64,000 nucleotides of DNA. Origin: a virus. Lineage: Duplodnaviria; Caudoviricetes. Below are positions 1 through 11,178 of this stretch, one piece after another. The stretch spans positions 3,212-67,211 of the IMG/VR virus record IMGVR_UViG_3300044535_000374. One strand, 5' to 3'. The notes below the pieces were generated by a model that had not been told where the DNA came from, made no database searches, and was given only the letters and a program-made list of their open reading frames with translations. The number at the start of each line of letters is the position of its first letter. Position 1 is the first letter of the stretch. The position numbers and the translations under genes are program-made.

Positions 1-3000
1 TCCAACCTCTCCTGTAGGGGGTACTATTCCAACCTCTGTAGATGGTTGTACTGGTTCAGCTTTTACTATTCCTGTTTCTTGCTGCGCTTCTTGAATTGGT
101 GCTGTTTCTTTTGGTCTAGCATCTATTATCTTATCAAAATACTTTACAAGCTCCTTATTATAGCTAGCCTTTCTAAATAAATCAAGTATCTTGTCTAATA
201 CTAATGATATCTTCTTAAATAATGTGTCAAACTGAGCATCAGTTATTTTATTTTCAATATAGTACTGACGGAATTGTTCTGCAAAGTATTCCATAAAGTC
301 TTCTGAAGCATTTGATTGAACAGTTGCTTCTGATACACCTCCTCCTTGTTTTTCTCTTGTAACCTTAAATGGTTTACCTAAAGCTTGCTCCTCTTCTAAT
401 GTAGTAGTTCCTTTTGCAAATCTTTCTGCTGAATATTTGAAGAACTCTACTCTTTCTTCTGGCGTTAGTATGTTAAAAAATCCCCAATGCCCAACCTCAT
501 GTATAAATGCAGATGGTTGTTTTGATTTTAATAAGTTTGTTGCAAATTGGTAGTAGTTTTGACTCTTTTCTTTTCCAGTAGAAATAAAATTAAAAACATT
601 CTCTGGTATGATATCATCAATCATACCGAATATTATTTCCTTTTCCTTATCCGTGTATTCACTATTAACTTCTACACTACGCTTAAGTTCTTCTTTAGTT
701 GATTGATTTGCTCTATCTGTAAATAGACCATACATCCTTTCTACCGCATTAAGACTTGCTATAGTTTTTGATATATTAGCTTTACTTTTTGGAGTAGCTT
801 TATACATGTTAACTATAAAGTTCCTTACCTGTTGTGCATCAATTTTACTCTTGTTCTGATTTATTAAATCATCAATACCTTTTCTTAAAGCACTAGCAGA
901 CCCCTTGAACTTGTTTTTATTTATTGAAAACAAATAATCTTTATATACATTAACAAGGTCTGGATTCTCTCTTATAAAATCTTGATTTATTGTTATCATT
1001 TGAGAGCCTGGCGTATCGTCAAACCAAGATGGTTTTTCACCCATTTGGAACTGAGACTGAGTAGATGTATATTCAGCCCTCTGTGTTGATATTGGTTTAC
1101 CTGAAAGTATATCCTGCAATGCACCACCTAAAAAGTCCTGTAAAGACAAGTTTTGAACTTGCTCTGGAGTTAGTTTTCTTAAGTTAGGGAATATCTCTTG
1201 TAGGTATTTCCATACACCAACAAGCCATTCTTTAAACTGTGATTGCATAGCAGCATCAGCTATAGTTTCTCCCTTGTTCCCTATAAGCATTGCTAATGCC
1301 TCTTTTCTAGCAAACACATTATCCCCTAGTCTAGCCTTAGCTGATTCAAATTCAGGCGTTCCTTCTACTAGCTTTAACCCCTGTGCAAATAATGTAGGAT
1401 TTGTATTCTCTATAAAATCTACCCATATGTGACCCATTTCGTGGATAGCTGTATTGTATGTTGCTTTCTCTGGATTTAAATATATATTACCATCTTTTGT
1501 AACACCATAAATAACATCTCCATCTTTTAAATACTCCTTAACTCCTTCTGATGACAACACATCTTCAAATGATTGTTTATCTGTAAAGAATGTTACATCA
1601 GGGAAAGATAAATTCAAGAATCCTATTAGCTTTGATAGGTTATCATTTGTAGCTAATGTTTTATTCTTAAATATAGCATTTGCTAATCCAGAAGGCAATG
1701 CTCTACTTACAGCCTCACTAGGTGTAATAGAACCCTCTTTAGCCACTACATCAGTTATTTTAGATACTACATTACCATAAGCTGTTGGCATTACAGATGC
1801 GATATGTGCTGTATTTTCTACAACACCTAATCCTTGACCAGATAATGCGTATGGATAATTTTTATGCGTAGATGTTTGTACTGGCGCATCTTTAGATACA
1901 TCAATACCTACAAACCCAATAACATGTCTTGCAGGCACATTTTTGATTGATTCATCTCTTAATGGTTCTGTTATGTAACCTAGATGAAGCTTCTTTGCGC
2001 TTTCTTGAGGCAATGTATTTAATAAAGCCTTTACAACAGGGACAGTAGATTTTGTAACCTTTGGTTTTGCTGGCAATAAACCAACTTCGCCCATTGTTAT
2101 TCTATCTGTAATAAGTGGTCTAGTATTAATATTAAGAGAACCTATGTTGTTAATAACGCTTTCAATATCTTTATTAGACTTTAAATACTCATTATATATA
2201 GTTTTATAACCATTTAATTTGTTGTTTAAAGAGGCAGATATATCCTTGCCTGCTTTTGTATTCTCATTTACAGTTTTCTGTGTTATATCTAACCTACTCT
2301 TTATATCTTGTACAAGCGCTTTGTATGCCGCTTTTTGGTTTGCCTTTGGAATAGATGCAACATTATCAGCAAGAACTCTAAATACAGCCTCATTGGATGT
2401 AATAGCGTCTACTCCCATTTTTACAACAGCAACAGGTATGTGATTCTGAGGTAACTTACCTTCAGCCCACAACTTATCAAACAGTTCTTTATTAGCTTGA
2501 TAAATATTCTTTGCAGAATTAAGTGTATCAACAGCTGTTTTTTCATCTGTGTACGCCCATGCAAATTCAGTATTCCCTTCGCTATAATTAAATCCAATAC
2601 CACCATTTAAATTATCTATTGTATTACCTGTTTCTGGGTTAACAATAGAACCAGTAGTCAATTCATCTGATATTGTAAGCATCATTGGAATGCCGTTAAA
2701 ATCAGTAATAGACAATACGTTTGGACTTTTAACAACACCCTCCCTTTGAGAAAGTGTACCAACATTTGCTTTAGATGTAGCATTAACGCTTGCATCTGCA
2801 GTAAATTCTACAGCTGCACCTCCAATGTCATTCATCTTATTTGTAATAGCTGATGTTTCTTTTTTATAAACACCTACATCCTGTTGACCTACTTGGAATT
2901 GCGCCTGGCCGCTGATAGGGCGATTGCTATCTTTTGCTTCATTGGTCGCTTGTTCTTGGACTGGTTGAGTTCCCTGATATTGGCTGATACCGCCTTGTTC

Positions 3001-5055
3001 AGTGCTGATTTGCTCTTTCCTTGTGCTTTCTTTAATGGCATTTTCTTCTGAATTAAATATGTTTAAAATTTGTTCGTCTATTTGTTTTGCTTCTGCATTT
3101 GCTTTTTTCTTAAATGCATCATCTAATGTTTCTGCATTTGATATAATTTGGTTTCTTTGACCTATTAAATCAATAATATTAGCTGAACCATCTATACTCA
3201 TGCCAGTAGGAAGCTTATTCATCATACCTTTTGCGTAAGCAACCTGAGACTTCATTGCATTTGCTTGCTCTTCTGTTAGAATTCCAGCACCTAAGTGCAC
3301 GTCAATATTATTATTGATAAATCCTATATCATTCCTAGATACTATATCAACTAAATCTTTTGTTTTTAAAGGCTCATTTCTTTTAGCAATTTCAAATGCA
3401 CGACCAGTAACAATTTCTCCTGCGCTACCAAATGTTTCGCCAAGCATCTCCATTACTATGGCATTTGTGTCGTATATTTTACCTTTTTCTACCAATTGTC
3501 CTGCAGCTTCACCTGCACCTCCTAATGTAGATTGAACTCCTAATTCCGCAAATCCTCCTGCAACCTTTCTTCCAATAGATGGAGCTCCTGTTGTCATTAT
3601 AGCTTTAGCGCTCTTTGAAACAAACTTACCAGCTATACCAGCAGATAGCATATCAAATAAAGCTACAGGCACCCCTTTTTCCCATCCAGCTTTTCTAGCC
3701 CTATCCATTAACTCTTCGTTAGCGAATGCATCTTTTAAGCTGTTAGCATTTGTAATATCAACACCTTCTTCTGAAAGTGTTTCCATTATTTTTGATGAGT
3801 GTTCTAGATTTAATGATGTTAAACCAGAGCCAGCAATAAATCCTGTACTAGCTCCTGTTATTGTTCCAAATCCTGGGATTACAGAGCCTAATGCTGCACC
3901 TTCTGCTGCACCAGCTACCATTCTTGATGCTCCATGTTTATACATCGCAACTAAGCTTTCTAATGTAAGCTCAGCCATGATACCTATTGGATTCTTCATA
4001 AAGGTTTCAAAAGACATATTCTTTTGGAATTCCTCGTATGCTTTTGATTGCCTAGCCTCCTGTTGTAATCTGTTTACCTCTGCTAGTCTCTCTACTGGGA
4101 TACCTGTGTTTTCTGATGTAACAGTAAGTATATCAGCACCTTCTGCGCTATATAAACCTCTTTCTGTAGCTCTTCCTACTATATCTTTAAAAGACTGAAT
4201 AGTAAATGGATTGTCATACTCTATTTGAATCATTTTATTTGTAGCTTCTTTAGCTCCAAATGTTCCACTATTAAATAATTCAATACCATTAGTATTACCT
4301 TCTTTACCCATTGCAGCACCAGCAGCAATATCAATATTAGAAGCTACTTTATCAAGTTTAGCTAATACTAAATCTTTTTCTGCCTGACTAGAATCTGGGT
4401 CTTGTAATGTGTTTATGTAATCGTTAAAGTCAGCTTTTTTACCATACGATAAAGAACGTAAGCCAGAAAATTGTTTTTGAGATAATTTATCCTTTAAAGA
4501 AGACGCTTCATACTCTTCTTTTACAACGTTTGATTTAGAATAATACGCACCAGCATACTGGCTATTAATCCATGCATCTCTAGTTCTATCATTCTCATTA
4601 ATATCTGTGAAATTGCTAAGGAAATCATAGCTTTTTTCTACTCTTTGACTTAGTTGTTCTGGCTTATTTAATGAAGCTTGCTCACGTAAAAAATCTGATA
4701 CAATAGGTTGTATCTCTGGCTTTTCTTGCTTTATCTTTTCTATAAAGCCATTTAAATAGCTAGTACCGCCTTTTACGGCATTGTTATACGTCTCCTCTAT
4801 AGCTAATTGTGATTGCTTAGCATCTGCAATAAGCTGCTCTTCAATCTTAGATGCATCTAAACCTTTTAAGGTTATTTCTTTTGGGGCTTTTGGAGATTTG
4901 TACTGACCTAGTTCTTTAAGTGTTATCGGCTTTTCTTCCTTTCTTTTCTCACCTTCTCCGCTAACGCCTGGTGCCATTTGTAGATACTCGTCACCGATTG
5001 ATTGGTATTCTTCACTACTTGGGTCTAATGGACTAAAATTTTGTTCAAAATTCAT
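1..5055 (-). CDS. Giant virion cargo / large polyvalent protein with two zincin metallopeptidase motifs (3' end outside the window)
   Basis: ATG at 5055 (MNFEQNFSPL...); frame open to base 1 (at least 1685 codons); missing from the ORF track because there is no stop; HEMGH at 1429-1443 and HEVGH at 487-501; Gly/Ala-rich hydrophobic segment; last gene of the cargo block. Confidence 0.8.
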   Translation of the reverse strand, partial: MNFEQNFSPLDPSSEEYQSIGDEYLQMAPGVSGEGEKRKEEKPITLKELGQYKSPKAPKEITLKGLDASKIEEQLIADAKQSQLAIEETYNNAVKGGTSYLNGFIEKIKQEKPEIQPIVSDFLREQASLNKPEQLSQRVEKSYDFLSNFTDINENDRTRDAWINSQYAGAYYSKSNVVKEEYEASSLKDKLSQKQFSGLRSLSYGKKADFNDYINTLQDPDSSQAEKDLVLAKLDKVASNIDIAAGAAMGKEGNTNGIELFNSGTFGAKEATNKMIQIEYDNPFTIQSFKDIVGRATERGLYSAEGADILTVTSENTGIPVERLAEVNRLQQEARQSKAYEEFQKNMSFETFMKNPIGIMAELTLESLVAMYKHGASRMVAGAAEGAALGSVIPGFGTITGASTGFIAGSGLTSLNLEHSSKIMETLSEEGVDITNANSLKDAFANEELMDRARKAGWEKGVPVALFDMLSAGIAGKFVSKSAKAIMTTGAPSIGRKVAGGFAELGVQSTLGGAGEAAGQLVEKGKIYDTNAIVMEMLGETFGSAGEIVTGRAFEIAKRNEPLKTKDLVDIVSRNDIGFINNNIDVHLGAGILTEEQANAMKSQVAYAKGMMNKLPTGMSIDGSANIIDLIGQRNQIISNAETLDDAFKKKANAEAKQIDEQILNIFNSEENAIKESTRKEQISTEQGGISQYQGTQPVQEQATNEAKDSNRPISGQAQFQVGQQDVGVYKKETSAITNKMNDIGGAAVEFTADASVNATSKANVGTLSQREGVVKSPNVLSITDFNGIPMMLTISDELTTGSIVNPETGNTIDNLNGGIGFNYSEGNTEFAWAYTDEKTAVDTLNSAKNIYQANKELFDKLWAEGKLPQNHIPVAVVKMGVDAITSNEAVFRVLADNVASIPKANQKAAYKALVQDIKSRLDITQKTVNENTKAGKDISASLNNKLNGYKTIYNEYLKSNKDIESVINNIGSLNINTRPLITDRITMGEVGLLPAKPKVTKSTVPVVKALLNTLPQESAKKLHLGYITEPLRDESIKNVPARHVIGFVGIDVSKDAPVQTSTHKNYPYALSGQGLGVVENTAHIASVMPTAYGNVVSKITDVVAKEGSITPSEAVSRALPSGLANAIFKNKTLATNDNLSKLIGFLNLSFPDVTFFTDKQSFEDVLSSEGVKEYLKDGDVIYGVTKDGNIYLNPEKATYNTAIHEMGHIWVDFIENTNPTLFAQGLKLVEGTPEFESAKARLGDNVFARKEALAMLIGNKGETIADAAMQSQFKEWLVGVWKYLQEIFPNLRKLTPEQVQNLSLQDFLGGALQDILSGKPISTQRAEYTSTQSQFQMGEKPSWFDDTPGSQMITINQDFIRENPDLVNVYKDYLFSINKNKFKGSASALRKGIDDLINQNKSKIDAQQVRNFIVNMYKATPKSKANISKTIASLNAVERMYGLFTDRANQSTKEELKRSVEVNSEYTDKEKEIIFGMIDDIIPENVFNFISTGKEKSQNYYQFATNLLKSKQPSAFIHEVGHWGFFNILTPEERVEFFKYSAERFAKGTTTLEEEQALGKPFKVTREKQGGGVSEATVQSNASEDFMEYFAEQFRQYYIENKITDAQFDTLFKKISLVLDKILDLFRKASYNKELVKYFDKIIDARPKETAPIQEAQQETGIVKAEPVQPSTEVGIVPPTGEVG

Positions 5056-5071
5056 AACCTTGATATATGGA

Positions 5072-5079
5072 CAAAGTTA
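5072..5079 (-). promoter_or_regulatory. Bacteroidota -7 promoter element TAACTTTG
   Basis: Intergenic TAnnTTTG 16 nt upstream of ATG 5055. Confidence 0.65.
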
Positions 5080-5090
5080 TGGTATTATTT

Positions 5091-6380
5091 TTATTTCTTG
5101 TTCATTATAGACCTTCCACCTTTACCAATTGCACTCACATATTTATTTAAAAAATCCATTGCATTAGCTCTTGACTTATCATCTCCAGATAGGTCAAATT
5201 CACCAATTATACCATCAGAATACTCATCCTTTGCTTTTTGATATACAATCTTATTACCAGACCTTGAAACATTCCATCCTTTTGTTTTTAAAGCTCCACT
5301 AATGTTATCAACTACTTTATTAATCTCTTTGTCTTTACCACCAAAAAGCATATTCATAAAGTTATTAGTAATATTCTCTGTATCGTAATTCTTAGATTGA
5401 GTAGATGTAGCGAATGATTCAATTTCTTTAGCATTAGGCTTAAACTTAGCTGGCAATGATTCCATTAATGCGTAATCAGTCTCTGTAAATTCTTCTGGTT
5501 GTTTTATTCCACCATACTGAGGGTCTTTTTTAACAGCATCCGTATTCATGTATGCAACATAGTACTTGTAATTAGAAGACTCTGCTGCATTTTCCCCTGC
5601 CTTCCAAGTAGCTAGTTTATTTGTAATATCAATCGTTTCTCTAGGACTAGAATTAGTAAAGAAATTATCAATAGCAGCTATAGAACCACTAAGTGACGGT
5701 ACATATCTTGTTGTCTTAACAATTGATTTGCCATCTTTTCCAGCTTGATAATCAGCATCTACACTAGTTGTAAATGGTATTGCTGTAGATATAGCTTTTA
5801 TTGTAGATGATGCTGGCTTATATGAATTCATTACAACTTGCTGAGGAGTAACTAATCCCATTGATGGTTTATATGTTCCACTTAAAACAGCGGCTCTAGT
5901 ATCTTTAACAGACTTCTCAATTGCAGGGTCTGTAATTAATCCAGCAGCATAGTTTTTAGCTATCTGGTCTGTTGTTTCATTAAGTTGTTTTACTAAACCT
6001 ATCTCATCCAATACTGATTTCTTCTTAGCATTAACTTGATTATATAACTCATAGTAAGCAGGAGTACCTACTTTAACACCTTTGCTTATAGCTTCTTGTA
6101 AACCTCTATAGCCATTTTTGACTTCATTGAATTTTTCTACAAACTTAACTCTAGCTTCTTGGTCTAAGCCATTTTCCATTTTGTTGACTTCATCCATCCA
6201 TCCTGCATACAACTGTGCGCCACCAGCCATTCTAGCGTCTTCTTCTTGCTGGATACGTCTTTGTCTATCTTCTTCTGCGAATTGTATTCTTTTACCTTGT
6301 TCAAAAGCTTGATTAAAGCTTTCGCCTACTTTAGAGTAATCAACAAATCCAGTTTGTATATTTTCAAGTCTTCTACTCAT
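5091..6380 (-). CDS. Putative virion cargo (ejection) protein
   Basis: 429 aa, helical and charged; lies between the pilot-like gene and the giant cargo gene. Confidence 0.55.
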   Translation of the reverse strand: MSRRLENIQTGFVDYSKVGESFNQAFEQGKRIQFAEEDRQRRIQQEEDARMAGGAQLYAGWMDEVNKMENGLDQEARVKFVEKFNEVKNGYRGLQEAISKGVKVGTPAYYELYNQVNAKKKSVLDEIGLVKQLNETTDQIAKNYAAGLITDPAIEKSVKDTRAAVLSGTYKPSMGLVTPQQVVMNSYKPASSTIKAISTAIPFTTSVDADYQAGKDGKSIVKTTRYVPSLSGSIAAIDNFFTNSSPRETIDITNKLATWKAGENAAESSNYKYYVAYMNTDAVKKDPQYGGIKQPEEFTETDYALMESLPAKFKPNAKEIESFATSTQSKNYDTENITNNFMNMLFGGKDKEINKVVDNISGALKTKGWNVSRSGNKIVYQKAKDEYSDGIIGEFDLSGDDKSRANAMDFLNKYVSAIGKGGRSIMNKK

Positions 6381-7282
6381 TATGCTGATTTAAACAATTT
6401 ACTTAAAAATCCAGTCCCACCATTTCCTTTTACGCTAGCAAAAGAACCAGCTGCTGAGCCTAAAGCTCCTAAAGCTGAACTTTGCTGTGCTCTTGCGGCA
6501 GCTAAATCACCTCTTGCTGCTTGGTATTTATTAGCCCATGAATCCCATTGAGCTTGTGCTGTTCTTTCGTTTGCTCCTGCCATTTGCAATCCAGCTTGAG
6601 AACCTAATTGGAACCCAGTAAGACCAGCTTGTTGTTGACCTTGAACTCCAGCAGCTTCTGCACCGAACCCTAATTGTCTAGCTTGAAGTCCTGTTTGATA
6701 AACTGTTCCAAGTGCATTAAGTCTAGCATTAGCTGCCTGTTGCTGTGCACCCATTAAAGCTCCCAACCCCTGAGTCTGAGCCTGATATCCTTGGCCAACT
6801 AATTGATTTATTCCTTGCATTTGATTTCTTGCTAATGCTCCTGCCATACCAGCTCCCATTCTTCTATCAGAAGCTCCTCTCATTGCTGTAGCTCCTGTTT
6901 GAGCAAGCGCATCCATTCCCATTACACCAGCTGCCCCTAATCCTCTTTGGAATGCCATCTGACCCAATCTTTCTGTTTGCCTAGCACCTTTTTCTGCAGT
7001 AGATTGAAAAGATTGACCAAATTGAGCTTGTTGAGCTGCTATGTCTTTAGAAAACGCAGTACCCATTCCAGCCAATTGGTTTGCATATTTCATTTGCTCT
7101 TGCCCAGCAGCTCCTGCTGCAGCTATATTTTGAGCATAAAATGGGTCTGTTTCAGCTTTTGGCTCCATAGAACCAAGCCTATCCATTTCAGCTTGCGCTT
7201 TCTTTTTAGCTTTACCGCCTCCTATTACTCCAGCTATACCACCTATTGCGCTTAAGCCAGCACCTATTAATTGACCAATCAT
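6380..7282 (-). CDS. Putative ejection/pilot protein
   Basis: N-terminal Gly-rich hydrophobic helix (MIGQLIGAGLSAIGGIAG), Ala/Gln/Gly-rich body; directly follows the muzzle gene. Confidence 0.65.
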   Translation of the reverse strand: MIGQLIGAGLSAIGGIAGVIGGGKAKKKAQAEMDRLGSMEPKAETDPFYAQNIAAAGAAGQEQMKYANQLAGMGTAFSKDIAAQQAQFGQSFQSTAEKGARQTERLGQMAFQRGLGAAGVMGMDALAQTGATAMRGASDRRMGAGMAGALARNQMQGINQLVGQGYQAQTQGLGALMGAQQQAANARLNALGTVYQTGLQARQLGFGAEAAGVQGQQQAGLTGFQLGSQAGLQMAGANERTAQAQWDSWANKYQAARGDLAAARAQQSSALGALGSAAGSFASVKGNGGTGFLSKLFKSA

Positions 7283-7283
7283 G

Positions 7284-10200
7284 TTAGTTTATTTTAGATT
7301 CGTTATATGTGTATTTTAACATAAGCAAAGTTACGTAATTACTAGGTGTCGGAGAAGTTAATTCTACTACACATGAATTACCACGTATTGGTCTGCCTAC
7401 TGTTGGTGTTGCAATTCCTCCATCTCTTAAGAAAGGAGCGTTATAAAATCCTTCCTGCTTTCTAAAGAAAGACGCTGGGATAGATGAGTCAACTGTGTTT
7501 GCAGAGCCTCTTACTAAACTAGCGTTCCAATGATAGTTACCTATCTGAGTCATAGTCATAAATATCTTTTTGGTCATAGGACTCTCATTCAACACAATTC
7601 TTATGCTTGTGTTTTGCTGTGTACCATAAAAATTACATCTTGGAACAGCACTAGAATGAATCCAGAATCCACCTCTATCATTTGTTGTAATCAACTTATT
7701 ATTTAGAGATATGATTGACTTTGGATAGTATGTATAGAATGATTCAAATCTGTCTTTTCTTTCTGAGAAAGCTATTGTAAATGTATCAGAACCTTTTACA
7801 GAAGAGAAGATGGCTAATCTATTTTCAGCATCATAACCAGCAGTATAAGTTGCATCATCTTTAATATTTGATGTAGCCCACTTATTCATATTGTTTGTAA
7901 CCGTAATAGGAGTGATTCCTTCCTGTCCAAGTCTACAAATAGCCTTTCGTATGTCATCTACGAAATAGTCCGCATATGAGTCTGAAATAAGGCTTCCTGT
8001 GGCATTACCTATTGAGTAGTTGCCAGAGTAGTATTGAACATTGTTGAATAGCTCGGTAGATAGTGTTAAGTCTGTGCCACCACTAGCATTAGTTATGATT
8101 GACTGATACACAGGTAACATACCTACTTTATCTTCTTGGTATACTCTCAACATCCTGTCTCTTACAGACAGCCTCTTGATAGCACCAAAAGAAGCATCTA
8201 AGTCTTTAAAGTCTAAGTATAAGAATCTATTAAGACCATTAATGTTGCTATTAAATTCTAAGTTCTGAGACCATCTAATGGTACCAGGGAATGTTCTTTG
8301 TCTAGCTTGTCTATCTTCTATAGATGGTCTTCCATGTTTATTAATCTTAGCCAAGAATAAAGGAGACCCCTCATCCTGTGATATTAAATAACTTTTAGTA
8401 GGAACAGAGCTATAGAAAACTCTTTGAACAGTATCATTCTTACCTCCAATTTCAGTAGCAGAGCCTGCTGCACCCTCTCCTTCTAATATAACATAATCAG
8501 ACTTGTACACACAATCCCCTGCAGTATCCATTTGTATAACTGTATTCAATGTGTATGCAGTTGTCGCATAAGTTAATGGTATTTCATAAAAAACATCTCC
8601 TCCTGCGCCTATTGAAGCTGTTTTCTTTTGTCTTAATATTCTAGCCTTTAACCCTATAATCTGAGGAGTGGCAGATGTGTCTCCGCTTGTGTCTAAAAAT
8701 GATTTAGCTGTTTCTTCTAATTGTATCCAAGAGCCTTCTAGAGTAGAAGTCGTACCATTAGATTCAATAAAATCTGGGTCTAGTAATTGGTCTATAATTC
8801 TAAACACGCTGTTGTTTACACCTCTGCCTAAGTATTGACCACTTGTTTGTTTATCCTTATAGTAATCGTATACAAAAGATACATAATCACCATTTTCAAA
8901 AGTATAACCCATATTTGACACCCTAGCTATTAATTGCTTTGGTATAATTGCACCAGAACCAGGAAGTATTCCTGAGTCAGAAACAGATACTGTAATGTCT
9001 GCATTAGTAGCAGAACCAGTTACTGTATTATATCTAAATGCGCTTACAGTATAACCTGAAGGCACATCAGTTGTTAGTGTTCCGCTTCCAGCGATAACGT
9101 ACTTTGTACTATTTACATAAGCAAATAAATCAGATGTTGTACTATTTGTTATTGTAATATTTGGTTGTGTTGCGCCATAAGATGAAGTAAAGAAAAATGC
9201 TCCAGTTACAGTTGCAGTAGATGCAAACATTGTCACTGTAAAAGTATCATTTTGTGATAATGGGCCTGCTATTGTATATGTAAAATTTCCAGTTGATGGA
9301 ACTCTTCCGAATGATGTATTAAATGCTATATTAAAACTAATATTAGAAACAACTGTAGTCCCTACATATCTAATTGTTGCAGTTTGTCCAGAAGCACTTA
9401 CATACTGAAAATCTGTTGCTGGTATTGTTCCTCCCCCGCTCCCAGCTGAATTAACTGTTACTGTGTAATGAGTTCCTAAAACAGCAGCAGTTATTTTTCT
9501 ATATTCAAATAAGAATCTAGTAGGGTCTGTGATTAATTTATTCCTATATCTTGCTATAAATGATACACTACTATTTGGATAATACAATGTAGCAGCAGCA
9601 TTTGTATCGCAATTGTTGTAAGTTAACTTTAATGTATTACTTCCGCTATAAGGCAAGTAGGTTATCAAAGAACTATCTGGGCCGCTATTTGCAACTGCAG
9701 GGAATGTTATACTTGAAAGAGAGCAAGTCTCTCCAGCTGTAGAAGATACAGAGGCGTACTTAAAATCAATAATATCTGTTACAATTTCAGACTCATAGTT
9801 ATTATCTTCTGTAATAGCAAGTCTAAAAAACTTAGCCCAAGATGGTGGTGCAGTTGAAATTGCAAGAGATGGAAGATGTGTTTTTCTAACATTATTACCA
9901 GCTCCTAAATTCCAATGCTCATGTGGGACATCTACTACAAATTCTGGTTTTGTAAATACACCAGCATTTCTACCATACTCATCCATGTAAACAACTCCAA
10001 TTTTATATTTGCCACCTGGGCTTAAAAACATATTTGAAGCCTTGTTTAATACAACCCCAGTTGAAAACATTGAGTTTGTACCAAAGTAAGTATCCGAATA
10101 CAATGCAGTTGTGCCATTAATAGCAGTCTTATCATATCCTTCTGTAAAGTTTCCATAAGCAATAACATTACCATTTACAATTTCTTGAGCTCTTGCAGTA

Positions 10201-11177
10201 TTTGGGACATAGTCAAACTGAAGCACATCTGGGGCCTCTGAGTTGTCTAATGGAATTTTTTGACCAGTTCCAGTAAACACATATGTAATATCCCCTGTAG
10301 TAGAAGCTATAGTATCTATGCTATAGAAGTTACTCCATATCCCATCAGAAAATTCTCTGTATATAATCTCAATATTTTTAACATTACCAGCTCCAGATTT
10401 TAATACCATAGATACAGAATTGTATGCCGTTGCATTGTCTGTAGGTATAATATTTGTCTCATTAAAAACATAGTAAGGAACTAACGCATTTGATATAGGA
10501 GAAAATACAGACTTTTCATAGTCATCGTAAATGTATCTATAAGCAAATTGGTATACCTTACTTTGAACATTCAAGCTACCAGTAGTAGACTTTATTAAAT
10601 TTACACTCAAAGGAGCGTATAAAGGTGCTTTTTTAATAACGGTTGTATATTCCGCAGGTATAGTTGCACCATATCCTCCATTAGAAGCCTTTCTAAGGTT
10701 TATCTTTCTTGGAATGTAATCTTTATCCAACCAGAATAATAAGTCCCCCTCTTCGGCTGTATCTGCTCTATTTATAATTCTAACATTATGGCTTTGAACT
10801 GATGCGTCTAAATTAAGTGCACCAGACTCAGCATTGCCACCAGTCCCACATTTTACTAATATCTTAGCTGTATTGGTCTGTTGCTTGTACTCAACCAATA
10901 AATGATTACCTGTAGAATGTGCAATAAGGTATAGTACAGAATCTCTTAAAGAGTTAAGAACAGAACCTACAATTGTGTGAGATGTAGTTAAGGTAAAGTT
11001 TGTAGTACCATCTGTATCCTTTAATTGGATTTGGCTATTACCTGTGATATTATTTACTCCACCATGTGTGGTAACGTTTTTAGCATCAATAAAATCACCT
11101 GACGGTAAAAATTCTACCTTATCTAAATCGGAGTTCAAGCCTCCTTCTATAACCTTAGTCTGTTGAAATTGAGCCAT
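7284..11177 (-). CDS. Tail stabilization / muzzle protein (P22 gp10-like, crAss-like)
   Basis: 1297 aa; N-terminal GGLNSDLD...DAKN, YQFAYRYIYDD, GNVIAYGNF, YKIGVVYMDEYGR; C-terminal KQEG.Y; syntenic position. Confidence 0.75.
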   Translation of the reverse strand: MAQFQQTKVIEGGLNSDLDKVEFLPSGDFIDAKNVTTHGGVNNITGNSQIQLKDTDGTTNFTLTTSHTIVGSVLNSLRDSVLYLIAHSTGNHLLVEYKQQTNTAKILVKCGTGGNAESGALNLDASVQSHNVRIINRADTAEEGDLLFWLDKDYIPRKINLRKASNGGYGATIPAEYTTVIKKAPLYAPLSVNLIKSTTGSLNVQSKVYQFAYRYIYDDYEKSVFSPISNALVPYYVFNETNIIPTDNATAYNSVSMVLKSGAGNVKNIEIIYREFSDGIWSNFYSIDTIASTTGDITYVFTGTGQKIPLDNSEAPDVLQFDYVPNTARAQEIVNGNVIAYGNFTEGYDKTAINGTTALYSDTYFGTNSMFSTGVVLNKASNMFLSPGGKYKIGVVYMDEYGRNAGVFTKPEFVVDVPHEHWNLGAGNNVRKTHLPSLAISTAPPSWAKFFRLAITEDNNYESEIVTDIIDFKYASVSSTAGETCSLSSITFPAVANSGPDSSLITYLPYSGSNTLKLTYNNCDTNAAATLYYPNSSVSFIARYRNKLITDPTRFLFEYRKITAAVLGTHYTVTVNSAGSGGGTIPATDFQYVSASGQTATIRYVGTTVVSNISFNIAFNTSFGRVPSTGNFTYTIAGPLSQNDTFTVTMFASTATVTGAFFFTSSYGATQPNITITNSTTSDLFAYVNSTKYVIAGSGTLTTDVPSGYTVSAFRYNTVTGSATNADITVSVSDSGILPGSGAIIPKQLIARVSNMGYTFENGDYVSFVYDYYKDKQTSGQYLGRGVNNSVFRIIDQLLDPDFIESNGTTSTLEGSWIQLEETAKSFLDTSGDTSATPQIIGLKARILRQKKTASIGAGGDVFYEIPLTYATTAYTLNTVIQMDTAGDCVYKSDYVILEGEGAAGSATEIGGKNDTVQRVFYSSVPTKSYLISQDEGSPLFLAKINKHGRPSIEDRQARQRTFPGTIRWSQNLEFNSNINGLNRFLYLDFKDLDASFGAIKRLSVRDRMLRVYQEDKVGMLPVYQSIITNASGGTDLTLSTELFNNVQYYSGNYSIGNATGSLISDSYADYFVDDIRKAICRLGQEGITPITVTNNMNKWATSNIKDDATYTAGYDAENRLAIFSSVKGSDTFTIAFSERKDRFESFYTYYPKSIISLNNKLITTNDRGGFWIHSSAVPRCNFYGTQQNTSIRIVLNESPMTKKIFMTMTQIGNYHWNASLVRGSANTVDSSIPASFFRKQEGFYNAPFLRDGGIATPTVGRPIRGNSCVVELTSPTPSNYVTLLMLKYTYNESKIN

Positions 11178-11178
11178 A

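Noticed and set aside
2219-4198. Short plus-strand ORFs in the track here, and similar antisense ORFs throughout
   Set aside because: They are shadows of long opposite-strand genes and show no independent coding signal
1-5055. Virion RNA polymerase
   Set aside because: No DxDxD catalytic motif seen in the visible part; cannot be excluded beyond the window edge
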